From Octopus vulgaris (taxonomy: Eukaryota), in assembly GCA_951406725.2 (NCBI GenBank), contig OX597825.1:34348001-34412000 (forward strand): DNA of 64,000 nucleotides. The letters run 5' to 3'. Position numbers and translations under genes: made by a program. The notes under the pieces were generated by a model. The model searched no databases. It had not been told where the DNA came from and saw only the letters and a program-made list of their open reading frames with translations. Below are positions 36,300 to 49,800 of this stretch, in pieces. The first letter of the stretch is position 1. Each line of letters starts with the position of its first letter.

Positions 36300-38930
36300 G
36301 AGCGAGAAAGAAAATACGCACATTTGCATTATTCTCACTCTCTCTGAAGGAGAGATTGTTAATTGTGGTCAGACTCAAACTGCAAGAGTAAGTAAATCAA
36401 TGTCTTTCTACTTAGGATTAATTCTCAAGTCTCCTTCTATCATCTGAATAGGATGAGAGAAAACCCAGAAGAGGAATTCATAAAACTCATTTTTATTGTT
36501 GGCTTATCATGAACAGAGGTAAAGCTGAAATATTTAGATCAATTTCGACATCATTCTAAAATTAAATATACTGAAATAGCTGCTCTTACATCCACAATAG
36601 AATCAGAAACACTATTTGCAAGCAATTGACAGCTTACATCAGTAACAACAACAAACTTTAATGTCAACAAAAAAATTGCTAGCAGCAGCAGTCGTAATAT
36701 CGTTAGTATAGTGAAATATCAGAATTGTCTGGGGGACACATAAAATGCATGAATATCCAGCATATGGGAAAGGATGTCACAAATGTCGGAAAGTAGGGCG
36801 TTTTGCAAGATTTTGCCAATCTAAATTTGAGTGTAACGTGTATAACGTAAATGGGTTTCCAAGTAAGGCTGGTTTTAAAGTTGGTTTTAATCAAATGCTA
36901 AATGTGAGCAGGTAGATAACCTTGATTTTTGTAAATGACAGAGACATTGGTATTTTGGTAATCATTCATAACTGAATCACCAGATACGTGATTAGATATC
37001 ACGAGTGAACCACCATAGTTTCACATGATTGGTATCATTATTCACCAACTCATCAAGTCATCCAGCCATGAACGGTGACAATATGACGGTGGATACTGGA
37101 GTAGTTTGTTTGATAGTTCCACTTTCATTCACTTCACAATTTAACATTTCAGTCAAATCATGTTATAAACACTTAACCACTTTTGTTGGTTCAGATCTAA
37201 AGGGGGTTGGATCAATCCTTGTAAAATTTGAACTCATTGGTACAGAGGAATCTTGTTGCTTTATTGTAGTAGATAGCCCTTACTTTTGAACTGATTGGAA
37301 AAAATATTAAGGACAGCTCATTTTGTTTTAAGTTAAACTCAAATACTTTACCAGAGGTTAAATGTGTAGTAAAATTCAAAACTGAACGGGCAAATTGCCA
37401 AGTTAAAGTCCCAGCTTAGCAAGTTTTTCATGTGATCAGCCAAGTTATAGACCAATCAGCATTGCGATATGAGATGAATCTTTCTAGAAGCTGCTAGAAT
37501 GTTGCTGTACAAAGCTTATATATAGGCACGTTTTGTGTGCTAAACTCCAGTTAGTGACCACCAACAGGAAGCAAACCACATTGTCATTTTTCTGCTTATA
37601 ACCATTTTCTCAGCCTAGATGTAGCTATATTTCACTGACTTAAACTGAGTGTGTATATATTGTCTTAACAGATCAATTAGAGAACCTTCTTAATCAACTA
37701 TTTGTAATAACTACAGAATTGTCCTACTAGTGTGTAAACTTGACCAACATGGAAAATATTCATGTGATGAAATAAAATTCAGTTAATTGTTGATGAGTGT
37801 TGTGCACACATTATTCACAGCCTGAACCCATCTCAAGGACCAGCATATCATATCCTTCCTTCTATGTCTATCAAAACAACAGTTACAAAGACTTTGTTGC
37901 TCATCAACTGCCAGGACATGAGTTACGGCATGATTAGTTCAGAAAAACATGTTCCTGTTAATTTAGAAAACAATGTTAAAAAGGAGTTGCAGAGGTTGGA
38001 AATGATGAGTACTATCACACCATCAGATGTGCCGTGCCAATGATCTGGTCAAGAAAAAAAAAAGATAAGTTTCTTTGTATATACACTGATTACAAGTGCT
38101 CATTTAAATGTACATATTGACACCTATTCTTTTCCCATGCTATCAATTGATACTATTTTCTTTGGCATGACAGGTGCAGAAGTTTTCTCATCTCTCAAAT
38201 TAAAGCATGTATATTGGCAAATACCTTTAGCTGAGAATACAAGGCATATTTGTGCTATTAGTACAACCAATGATTTGTACTTAATAAACAAACTTCAAAT
38301 AGGTCTTAAGAGTTGAAGTGGTATACTGTAGGTAATCAATGATATCAGAGTATACTAAGACAATATCCTCATCTATACTAGTAATGAATCAAAGATAATG
38401 AGCAGAGAGAATGTGGTAGTCACAAGATTAACCAGTTTTCTATAAACAAAGAAAATTTATTTTCTAGAAGAAATCTGACTTTCCTGAGAATAAGTATATC
38501 CAAAGAGTGAATTTCTCCAGCTCATGAGCAAGTAGCAAAGCCAAAGAATATACAGGTGCCAAAATCAAAGAAGGACACCGATAAGATATTAGGCTTAAAT
38601 TATTATTATTATAGAAGATTCATTCCAGCATATGCTGGGAAAAAAAGAAAAAACCTATTGTAGCTGCTAAATCTAAAGAGTTCAAGCAGGGTAAAGAATA
38701 AGAAAACATTTGAAATACTTGTCACTCATTTTCTGACATTTTGGTTTTGCAGCCAGCCGATGGAGAAAATTAACACTCACTTCAAAAATCGTAGTGGCTG
38801 GGGTGTTATCCCAGGAAGGACACCCAGTAGCTTTTATAAATCACACCTTTACCCAATCACAACGGAATTGGTTGAACAGACAAAAAGACCTATGCAGTAG
38901 TCTGGTGTGTGGACAGACTGCTGCATTTTA
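36300..38930 (+). mobile_element. Old Mag-type Gypsy internal region (gag zinc knuckles, protease, RT, RNase H), heavily decayed
   Basis: PAYGKGCHKCRKVGRFARFC (36751-36825), MTVDTG protease (ORF 37029..37289), VKKELQRLE, VFSSLKLKHVYWQIPL, VLSQEGHPVAFI. Confidence 0.8.
37365..37715 (+). mobile_element. Probable solo LTR inserted between PR and RT of the Mag relic
   Basis: TGTAGT...ACTACA termini, CCAAT at 37452, TATATATA at 37517; TSD poor (aaatg/gaatt). Confidence 0.5.
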
Positions 38931-39318
38931 TTTTAAGAACTGTTTATAAACTGTATGAAAATCTTGGTTTTGAAACCCATGTAATTTACCTCAAGAAATC
39001 TTTTTAAAGTTTTTCTGGTAGTCTCATATAAGTTAGTTTAGCTGTTTTCAGATTGAATGGGAGGTTATAAATTAAAGTACTTCCTGAAGAGCTCATGGCC
39101 AACATGGAGGTAGCTGTTCTCTTCCCTTTCCAGCTATTGTTTGGGAGGTGCTGTTAGAGTGAGACTAGATGACATTCAAAGGCTCTAAACTCAAGTCCCT
39201 AAATGTCTGCGAAGAGGTTATTTCCCCCTACAGACCAGTCAAGTATTCCAAATGTTATTAACACTGGTCAGTAAATCAGCACTGACCTTGTAATAAAAGG
39301 AGTGTTCCAACTGTCATA

Positions 39319-40298
39319 TCTATATATATAAAACTGTAGTTATGTGAGTGTCTGTCCCCTTCGATTTAGATTCCTAACTACTCCCACATTTTGCGGTGCA
39401 GTTTAACCAAATTCGGGTATCTTATAGTCGTGATTCATATCGAGCCAGTGTGGGTATTAGCGCGCGTCTACGATTTTAAAAATAATTTAACATCATTTTT
39501 TATTCCATTTTAATGCATATTTTTTCGTGTGTCGATGGCGGCGGAATTGGCGTCCACGCTCACACCTGCACCTGTGTTGCTTCTCCCCCCCTCGTGAAGC
39601 TGTGGGGAAGGGAGTGTAAGGAAATCAACGTCGTAATGCGTTGTCAAGGAGACTAGCATTCTTTTAGAACAACGACTTCATGGCTTGAAGTCGCCAAAAC
39701 AGAAATCGATAAAAAAGCTGAAACAGATCCACAAAAACGGCAATTACCGCCACACAGGGCAGGTTTCCTGTGCAAACAATTTGCACAACCGAATGTTTTA
39801 GTTGTTGCATGAATCTTTATATATAAAAGTAAGGTTGTGTGTCTGTCTCCTACGATTTAGATTCCTAACTACTCCCACATTTTGCGGTGCAGTGTAACCA
39901 AAACCGGGTATCTTATAGTCGTGATTCATATCGAGCCCTTCTGGGTATTAGCGCGCGTCTACGATGAGACTACGATTTTAAAAATAATTTACCATCATTT
40001 TTTTATTTCATTTTAATGCATTTTTCGCTATTATATAAGGGAAGTAACTCTCTAAAAATGTCTACGATGAGTCAACGATTAAAAAAAATTACCATAATTT
40101 TTTATTCCATTTTAATGCATTTTTCGCTATTATATAAGGGAAGTAACTCTCTAAAAATGTCTACGATGAGTCAACGATTAAAAAAAATTACCATCATTTT
40201 TTATTCCATTTTTAATGCATTTTTTGCTATAACTCACTAAAAATGCTTATATAGTTATTTCCCTTACAAACCCGAGCAACGCCGGGCGATACTGCTAG
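39319..40298 (+). mobile_element. Non-autonomous Helitron, composite (two 5' ends, one 3' end)
   Basis: A|TC starts at 39319 and 39814 with a shared ~170-bp head; hairpin CCCG-AGCAACGC-CGGG at 40271-40286 then CTAG|T at 40295-40299. Confidence 0.85.
39958..40230. repeat. 99-bp tandem repeat (about 2.7 copies) inside the Helitron
   Basis: tctacgatgag... units starting at 39958, 40061 and 40160. Confidence 0.92.
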
Positions 40299-40869
40299 TT
40301 ATGTATAAATACATATGCATGCACTCACAAGTGTGTGTGCCTTTCCCCGATATTCATCAGCTAAATAAAATTTTTTAAATATAAAGCAGGTGCTCATAAA
40401 TGATGCCTTCAATTTATATTTGTTGGGTACCAAGTTACACAATTCTTTTGTTGCTCTCATCAGGATGTGAGGGAATCAGGGATTGGACAGTTAGACAATG
40501 CTATTGTTAAAAACTGCAATGCAAAACAAATTAATTATAGGTTAATAGCCACTCACATGCAATCGTGAGGCAGATGCAATCAAAAGGCAGATGTTACCAA
40601 CATAATAGATTACTCAAATGTAAGTAGCCTGAATTAAGACAGCACTTGTATGAACACTACAACTGGAAACTGACGAATATTAGAACATTGAGCAAAACCC
40701 AAGAACCATCTGACCTAACAGGTGAGGGTGAGTGCACAATGATACCATCAGGAAAAAGGCCTCAAAACAGTGCACATTCTCTCCTGATGACCCTATAAAC
40801 TTGCTAGCATCCAGTATGTGGAACTTTCAACTGGTAGCACTTGCACCTTGTTTGCAAAAAATTGAAATA

Positions 40870-41092
40870 TATTTCTTTATTGCCCACAAGGGGCTAAACA
40901 TAGATGGGACAAACAAGGACAGACAAAGGGATTAAGTCGACTGCATCGACCCCAGTGTACAACTGGTACTTTATCGACCCCGAAAGGATGAAAGGCAAAG
41001 TCCACCTCGGCGGAATTTGAACTTAGAACATAATGGCAGATGAAATATCGCTAAGCATTTCACCCGGTGTGCTAACGTTTCTGCCAGCTCAC
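40870..41092 (-). mobile_element. Meta-domain SINE
   Basis: Reverse complement of the 6419 and 21090 copies. Confidence 0.85.
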
Positions 41093-43474
41093 ACTGCAAC
41101 TGGAAACTGACAAACAGATGACTCCTATCACATTTTTTTTTTTTTACTTATGTCTATTATAAACAGCCTTCAGTAATTCATACTTTAAAATAATTCTTCT
41201 TCTATAATTAAAGAAAATCAATACATTACTGTTGAGAAGGCAAGTCACTGGATTTAGTTAGAAGGAAACAAGGAGCAATGGCAAGAATATTGAGCAAAAC
41301 CTAATCAGTTGATCTAGAAAGCTTTTCAGTGAGAGCGGCTGGTATGCAATGACATCAAAATGATGTCCTTGAAATTTCTTGCGTTCTTTCCTGATAATTC
41401 CATAAATTTGCTAGCATCCTGGTAGCACAAACTTGCTAGCACTTTTTGTGAACAAGTTGTTCACAAGAAGTTCAAATAAATTTAAGTAGTTAGAATTAGA
41501 ACTCCAATATGAACACTACAACTGGAAACTGGCGAATATTAGAACTGTTAGTTGAAATATTGTTATTATGCAAGTGTCCTAAGTCCAAAACAATTTTTCA
41601 AAAAGCAAAAATAGTTTCACCATTCCATAGTAAAACCGTTGTACTACACTTCAACAATTTTTAATATCTTGGCATCTAAAGAGGCTGGAGATATGATAGT
41701 TTGACCAAAAGAACCAGCTAGTATAAGTAAAAATATTGGGGGGGGGAAACGCATTTGGCCAAATTTGGACATACAACTGTTTAACATAATAGCAACAATA
41801 TAGATTTTGCAACTCCTCACTTTATTTTCTTTTATTAATTGTGTCTATTTTAAATGGTCTTTAATAATTCATGCATTAAAATTAATTATAAAACAAAAAG
41901 TTAAGAAAAAGAAAATTTAGTGTTGAGAAATTTGCTGTTTCAGTTCTTTGTCCTTTGTATAGAAATATATTCTATTTGACATTTGAAGTGAAACAATCAT
42001 TTATTTGCATATGAAAGTACTAACAACTTCACTTTCTTGAAATTTAAAGCATATGATCAATTTATCATAATGTATAGGCCAGTTGCTGCAGTTTTTATTT
42101 GCAAAAAAATCTCTTCTGGAAGCGTTGTTTATAAACATTGTATATCAGAGGGCGATGAAAAATCATCCCAAGAAGGTCAAACAGCATCTGGTGTTATCAT
42201 TAGCAGCTGCTGTAACAACTTTTCCTTTCCCATTGGTGTGTGTGTGTGTGCGAATGCAAGAAGTTGAAAATGCACTGGGAGTCTTTCAGATGTTTTGTTT
42301 TTAACGACTTAACCAGTTTCAGGTTTTTTCTGATTTCCGAAAGTTGAGATAGTTGCAGTATAAATCCTACATCGGTCTTGTCACTAAACATGTCCACATA
42401 ATCTCTCGGCCTTAATTTTCAGAGCCAAAAATATTGCCATATGACATTAACACACAAACTTAGCAAATAACTTTCAAAATTTCCAAGCTTAATCATGTGA
42501 CTATCCTCTACCAATTAAATTGTATCCTAAACAGATATTAATTTGAGTCATATTCTTACTCTAAAAACAAGAGCATTTTCAAATTCCAATCTGAAACAAG
42601 TCAGTTGTGGCATAAAACCCACATCTTTATTTTACTTTTTGAAAATCAAAAAAATCTGTGAAATCGGTAAAGCCTTTAAAAACAAAGCATCGAAAATTCC
42701 AGTGTATTTTCAACTTCATTTTCCTATATTTCAACCCATGCTGAATAAAATAACTCATGTATAAACACATAAGCCAGCACACACGTGCAAAACAGGGTGG
42801 AAAAAAATAGTACTCAAATACCAATGTTATAGAAATGTACATATTTGTATATGTGCGAGTGTATGTGTACATATTTATGTATGTTTAGGTGAATGTGCTG
42901 TGTATGTGTATAGAAGTAGTAATGCAGATAAACACACAAGCTTGATATATCAGCTCGATTTGGAATTCTCTTTAGCCACTCTTGATACCGCGGGCCTTGC
43001 CTTGGAGCTATCTATCTAGGTCATCCCACAGGATGATGAAGTTAGAGTTTAAGTTCAAATTCATTTGAGCACTATGTGTTTTCTATACTGAGCTTATCTC
43101 GCTCTCACATTAGGAAAGACATCAAGCGATAGGAACCAAGTCAAATCAAACTGGAACCTGGTGCAGCTCCCCTGCTTGATAGCTCTGGTCAGACCAGCCA
43201 AACCATGCCAAAGAAAACGAACATTAAAGGATGATGATGAATGGATATCTGCCATTATGGAATAAAGGATGAATTAAAAGATAAGTTTTCAATAGCACTA
43301 TTTAAAATTTAGATCTGATGATAAACACTGGATATTTAAGGCTTCAAGAATGAAACATTTGCTTTATCCATATAAACTCATTAAGCTGAAAACAAAATGG
43401 CAATAAATTCAGATATAAATCATGTTTATACAAACATTTTTGTATAATTTGGAATTCCTTTTTTTAAAAAAAAA

Positions 43475-43480
43475 TTTATT
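43475..43480 (-). promoter_or_regulatory. Candidate PDIA3 polyadenylation signal AATAAA
   Basis: First AATAAA I found on the minus strand after the stop (about 280 nt downstream). The region is AT-rich, so other sites are possible. Confidence 0.4.
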
Positions 43481-43760
43481 AGCAAAAATTAAGTGTACAA
43501 TAACATTGTATGAGTTGTTCAGACATTTTCCTTTCATCCATAAATTTTAGAGGAGCATTTTAATGAAAATTTACATCCTCACACCACTGAGTGGCATTAC
43601 AGAAGGACCGAATCAAAACAAAAAAGAGAACAGATGAAAACAGAGGACCCTAAGATGAATTTTAAGTCTTTGAAAGTTTTTCTTAAATGAATAAAGGAAG
43701 AAATTGAAGATAAGTGATATAAATAAGAAAAATAAAATATATTTAAATGAAAAGGAAAAT

Positions 43761-43880
43761 CTACAATTCTTTCTTTGCTTTTTTTGTCTTCTTCTTTCCA
43801 CCAGATCTGGTGTATCCTTTCAATTCATTGGTGGCTTCTTTAGCTAAATATTTAACAAAATCATCAACTTCACGACCACC
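43761..43880 (-). CDS. PDIA3: PDIA3 last coding exon: [39 protein letters not shown]
   Basis: tag acceptor, TAG stop at 43763-43761, KDEL-like ER retrieval signal KKEL. Confidence 0.95.
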   Translation of the reverse strand, partial: GGREVDDFVKYLAKEATNELKGYTRSGGKKKTKKAKKEL

Positions 43881-46800
43881 CTAACAAAAGATAAAAAAAG
43901 TAAATTGTAAAATACAAGATATTTTGAAGTATTACTATAAAAAAAACAATGAATAAAGAACATTACAGGGGCAGGTTACAAAAAAAAAATGGGGGTTTAC
44001 TTAAAAATCAAATTAAAAATAAACAATGTGCAATATAATAATATCCCATGCAAGGGTTATCACCTAGATCCAATCAAAGAAATTTCATACACTTACATTG
44101 TATTTTAGAGGAGCATCCTTTGAATCTTTTGGAGCAAAGTAAATAGTTGGAAATCTACAAGAAAAAAATAAAGCACATTTTACACATACTTTACAGTAAA
44201 TATATATCAATACTTTTGATACTAATCTACATGCCCCTAGTTGTTAAAACCTTTCATATTTAAATTTAAGCTAAGATTATGTAATAACCTTTTATAAACT
44301 AAATAATGGAGTGATTTTACTAAATCCCCCACATATTTTCACTGACAAAATTGAAACTGTTTCATTAGGTGTAGCCAGGAAAGAATTAATAGAGATATAA
44401 TTTACAATTTATCTTGTGTCATTTGAAACCAATATTGAAATCCAAGACAATGGAACAAGATTTAATCCTTTTATCACTAAAATACCCAAAACTGATCATA
44501 GCTATATTTTACAAATATGCCACAAAACACTCCTTTATATTTGTATTAAATCAAAATTTTAACAATTTGTTTTGCAGGTTATATTTAGTGTACTAAGAAT
44601 TGAGTTTTTTTTTTTTTGCCACATCTGTTTTTCCTTATGTAAGCTACAGATTTCTTAATGCAACAAATTTTCAAAGCAGACCATATTCAATCAATCATCT
44701 GCACAATTTAAAATCCATTATCTACTTTTGTTTATTCCAATTCAAATGTTCCACATTACCACAAAAACTGATCACTTGGTAAAATATCATTGTTTAACGT
44801 CCGTTTTCCATGCTGGCATGGGTTGGATAGTTTGACTGAGGGCTGGCAAGCCAGAAGGCTGCACCAGGCTCCAATCTGAGTTGGCAGATTTTCTACAGCT
44901 GGATGCCCTTCCCAATGACAACCACTCCAAGAGTATAGTAGGTGCTTTTTACGTGCCACCAGCACAGGAGCCAGTCAGAGGGAACTGACAATGACCACGC
45001 TCATATGGTACTTTTTACGTGCCACCAGCACTGGCATCAACCACGCTCAAATGGTGTTTTTTATGTGCCACCATCATCGACCTCGCTCAAATGGTACTTT
45101 TTACATGCCACTGGCACAGGTGCCAATCAGGTGGTACTGTCATCAGTTACAACAATGACATCACTTGCCTCAACAGGTCTTCGCAAACACAGTTTATTAC
45201 CCAATAATTGAAGGGTACTCAGATGGGCCGGTTATACTGCACTGGCATGGGCCACGGTTACGGTCTCACTTGGCTTGCTAGGTCAACACAAGCACAGCAT
45301 ATCTCCAATGGTTTCAGTCACTTGTCATCGCCACCATGAGGCCCAACGTACAAAGGCTATGCTTCAGCACCTCTGGACAATATTATGGTAGTTTTTGCCA
45401 AATAAAAACACCTTAAACTATATAGCTAAAATTTACAAAATGTTATATTTTCAAATTTACCACACTTATTTTTTTAAATTATCTGAATTTACCTGATAAG
45501 TAACAAATTTTATTTTATGAGTAACTCACTATGGATGGGATGATGTATTTATGTATGTGAATTTCATGTTTCAGGGTTTACTTACAGTACATCATACTAT
45601 ATTCCCCATTACCTGTTTATATGTATTCAAGCTCAAATCTAATATGCTCAATTCTTCTTCAAGTCCTATGCTACAAACTTGTTTATCCCAGCTAAATATT
45701 GGCTAAAAACTTCATTTCTGACATTTAAACAAAATTTTTTTTACCTGCAAACAGAATAGTTTCGTGGCAAAAATATTCCACATTATATTTAAGTGAGGAC
45801 CAATTAAGTTTTGTTCAAAACACCACTTAGGTTTTAATTAAACAAAATTGATTTAAATTGATAATTTTAAAACTGCAACAGACAAGCAAATATTTTGATT
45901 ATAAATATAAAAGCGAAAGAGTTAAGTAAGATTGAAAAGTAAAAACAAAATTCAAATGTATTTTTCTCCTAGTTGACTTACCCAGAAACTTCATATGGTT
46001 TGGAAACATCATTAGCAGTGGCATCCATTTTTGCAATGGTTATTTCAGATTCATCTGCCAACTAAATAATTCAGAAAATTAAAGTTGAAATTATATATGA
46101 ATAATAAAAGAGAACTCAGAATGGTCTACTTTAGAGCTCAAAAATCTGTATACAAATTATCAACATAACAACCTCAGTCACTGATACAATAACACATTCT
46201 AGACATATGATGAAAGATCTAACACATAATTTTCCTTTCATGATGTACTGCACGTCAAGTCATCTCAGGATGGTTTCAGTACTATATTTTTTCTATGAAC
46301 AGAGGTTGCAAGACCCTCAACCCTTCTCCATCTCTGAAGGAAGGGTTGCTGCAAATGGTTCCCCAGAACCCTTCACACAGTGTAATGTAGCCAATTCTCA
46401 AAGAGGAATAAAAAGAATCACTACCAGAAGCAGACTGATACAATAACCAGAAAATGATGAAGTGCAAAGTTGACCTCAGGTAGCCAAGACAAACGCAAGG
46501 TATTCTGATGCTCTAATGACTGCAACTATACAATTCAATAAGGCATAATAAAACCAAACAACAGTGAATATTAACTGTTTGGGTGTGCTTTAAATGACTA
46601 TTAGGAGTATATGATATGCTTGTTGATAACATTATTTCAACTTAAACCATATACCAAACATGTGCAACTCAAAATTATTTCTTTTATACAATCCATCATT
46701 TTAATGCTTTTCCATGCTAGCACAGGACAATGGAATTTTTCAGATTTTCTACAGCTATATAGCCTTCCATGTTGCCAACCCTCACCTCTTTCCAAACAAA

Positions 46801-49800
46801 GTAATATTTCCCAATAGCTCAACATGTATTTTGTTGGAAATTAAAAACATATGTATGGCAGTGATGCTTGTTCACAGCCAAGACATGTCAAAAATAAGGA
46901 CTGATGAGGATTCATGCATATGTGATGGGCTTTTTTTGTGTTTCCATCAACCAAATCCACTCACAAGGCTATGGTTGGCCTAGAGCCATAGAAGTCACTT
47001 GCCTAACGTGTTACACAGTAAAACTGAACCAAACACCACATGGTTGGGAAGCAAGCTTTTTAAACACACAGGAATGTATATAAACATGCATAATTTAGCA
47101 GTGAAATGCTATAAAAATTACTATCATCAAAAGATCATTAGCAATGAAGTCAACAGTATTTTGAAAAACAACCATTTTTCAACTGCATATTATATACTTG
47201 AGTATACCAGTGTATAAACTAACGTTCCCAGTCTCATATCAGCTGTCTGCATGTAAAAGTTACAGAATGTATTTAGCTTAACATTTCCTTTCTTGAATGA
47301 TCTATATTCTCAATATTTAATGTTGCCCAGTTTCCTGGAAGCTATATGCATGTATGAATGTGCTGTAGGTATATCTCACCCAAGTTACAGAAAGTTACTT
47401 AGTATATAGGAGTCCAAAAGTTGAAGGCCAGCTTATACTAATGAAGAGCCCTCCACAGGACCTAGCTTAAAAGCTGCCCTAACAGATGGCTTTTAAGATA
47501 GCTCCTGTGGAGGGCTCTTCATTAGGCCTTGTGCCCAACAATGACACTTCATACATTGAGTACATATTAAATTTTATTAAACTTGAACAATATTTTTCAA
47601 ACAATGAACAATATTCATCAAAACAATAATATAATTTGTCGACTTGGTTGCATGATAAACAGTACCACCACCACCACATCTGCCATACACACACACACCA
47701 TTCTGACTTCTGACGCTACCACCATCAATACCTGACTTCACCACCATCATCACCACTGTCTTTCACATCAGTTACTCTCAGCCATCCCTGACCACCACCT
47801 CTATCACAACTACAGCTCATGTTATTACTATCACCCCATTACCATCTCAAAAAGGCTAAATGTGTGTGTAAAAGAACTGTGTTCAGTATGTTGGTTCAGT
47901 GTTCAGTCCCTCTTTCATTACTCCCACCACCACCATGAACACTACTTTTAATAACTCTCCCTAAATTTCTTTGTCTCTCTCTCTCTCTCTTCGCCACTAC
48001 CCTCACTGTCTATGCCTACTATCGCTCTCACCCCAGCATGAGCAATAGTAGAAGTGTCAACGAATAGTGTGAGAGGGGGTTGAAATGTGACACACTGACA
48101 CAAATTAGTTTATGCATTTATTATACTAGATTAACTTGAGACCATAGAAAATAAAAATGTCACAAAACCAGATAGTGAATTTTGACTTATGAATGCCCAC
48201 AGTAAGGCTGTATATGCCTAACTTAAATATAGCATAAAACAAACAAAAATAGGCTGAAACAGACAAGTTTGTAAGTTATAAAATTTTACCAACTCAGAAA
48301 AATTAATGCTCAAAATCATTTACTTACAAGTTCTGCCAGTTCCGTATATTTAGGTTCGAGACTTTTGCAGTGACCACACCATGGGGCATAATATTCGATG
48401 AGTACATCTTTACTTTTATCATTAACAATTTCATCAAAATTTTTAGCTACAACAACCTAGGAAAATAAATATTTAATCCAACATCAGTGACAACTTCAAG
48501 TCAAGATCCTCAAATGCAAATATAAATACTGAAAGCTAACAAGAGCCATTTCATAAATCCTCCAGATCTTACTACTGGCAATATTGCTCACTTAGAAAGT
48601 TACAATAAATATGGTTACATTCTTAATGAATAAAATTATACATTTACAATAAATATGTAAATAACATTAGCATATTGCTACAGCTGAAGTATCATGAAAA
48701 ATTTAAAAGTTAATGAGAAGCTTAAAAAGCAAAATAATGTTACCTTAACTGGTGCACTATTATCAGATGGTACACTCTCAGATTTTAGATATGGCTGCAA
48801 TTTATCATCAAGGAAATCATTTACAAAACTTTCTAAGTTATCCATACTGAAAATATAAAATTGGTAGGAAAAACATCAAATGTTTGAAGTTAGTGCACAT
48901 GAAGATGGTGGAAACATGTAGTAGATGAGGTAATAAATATTTAACACCCAGATAATTCCAAATCAAGTAGAAGAATCAAAAGATCAAAGGTGTTCCATCT
49001 AAGTCATCTTTTGTGCATCTAGAATATATCTAAATTACATTATCCATTTTAAAAAGGTGGGTGGGACCTGAGGGAAAAGAGGCTGCTCATCCTTGTATGT
49101 CAAGTGTGACAACAGGGGCTTTCATTGATTTGTGTCTAATAATTAGTCACAGGTAGCATTAAAACTAAGCCCTGAGACTTGTTACTAATTATGTTGAAAT
49201 ATTTTTTTTAAAAAACCTTCAGAGAAAAGAGATATATGGTCAGGCACTTTCATGAAAGGAAGCTATCAAGTGATTATGAATATATGAATGGGAAAAATGT
49301 GCTGCTCAAGGAACACGTGATCAATTTAACCTTTTTGATACCAACAAAGCCACTTCTGGTCCTATGAGCCAACAAGACCATGTAGACACCTAAACTCTGA
49401 GAAATAGCAGCCAAATTTTCTTCAAATCACATCCTACTGTTTTAAAAGAAAAATTAAAATAGGACTTAGGTTCCCTGCACATAGAAAATGAGTACTCAGC
49501 ACTAAATTGGTGAATATACTTTAATTTCTTTATTTGTTAATTAAGGCTACCATTGGTTTTATGCTAAATAAGAAAATATCCTAGTATCTTAATTTTTCAA
49601 GCCGATCACATGGGGGAAAGGTGTTCACCTCCATTTTGGAAAATACAGACTCCTTTAGTTCGCGGAGATGCACGTGAATAAAACAATGAATCAAGGGGCG
49701 TTACTCCCTGGTTGCATCTTTTGAATGATTGCCTCCCTTAGATTTGTCATTTGGACAAACTTGTGCGATCAATTTATTTTTACTCTTTTTTCAGTTACAC

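Noticed and set aside
40016-40240. ORF with 33-aa repeats
   Set aside because: By-product of the 99-bp tandem repeat inside a non-autonomous Helitron
42037-42397. Overlapping short ORFs downstream of PDIA3
   Set aside because: No recognisable domain or convincing splice sites; probably old DNA-transposon or UTR sequence
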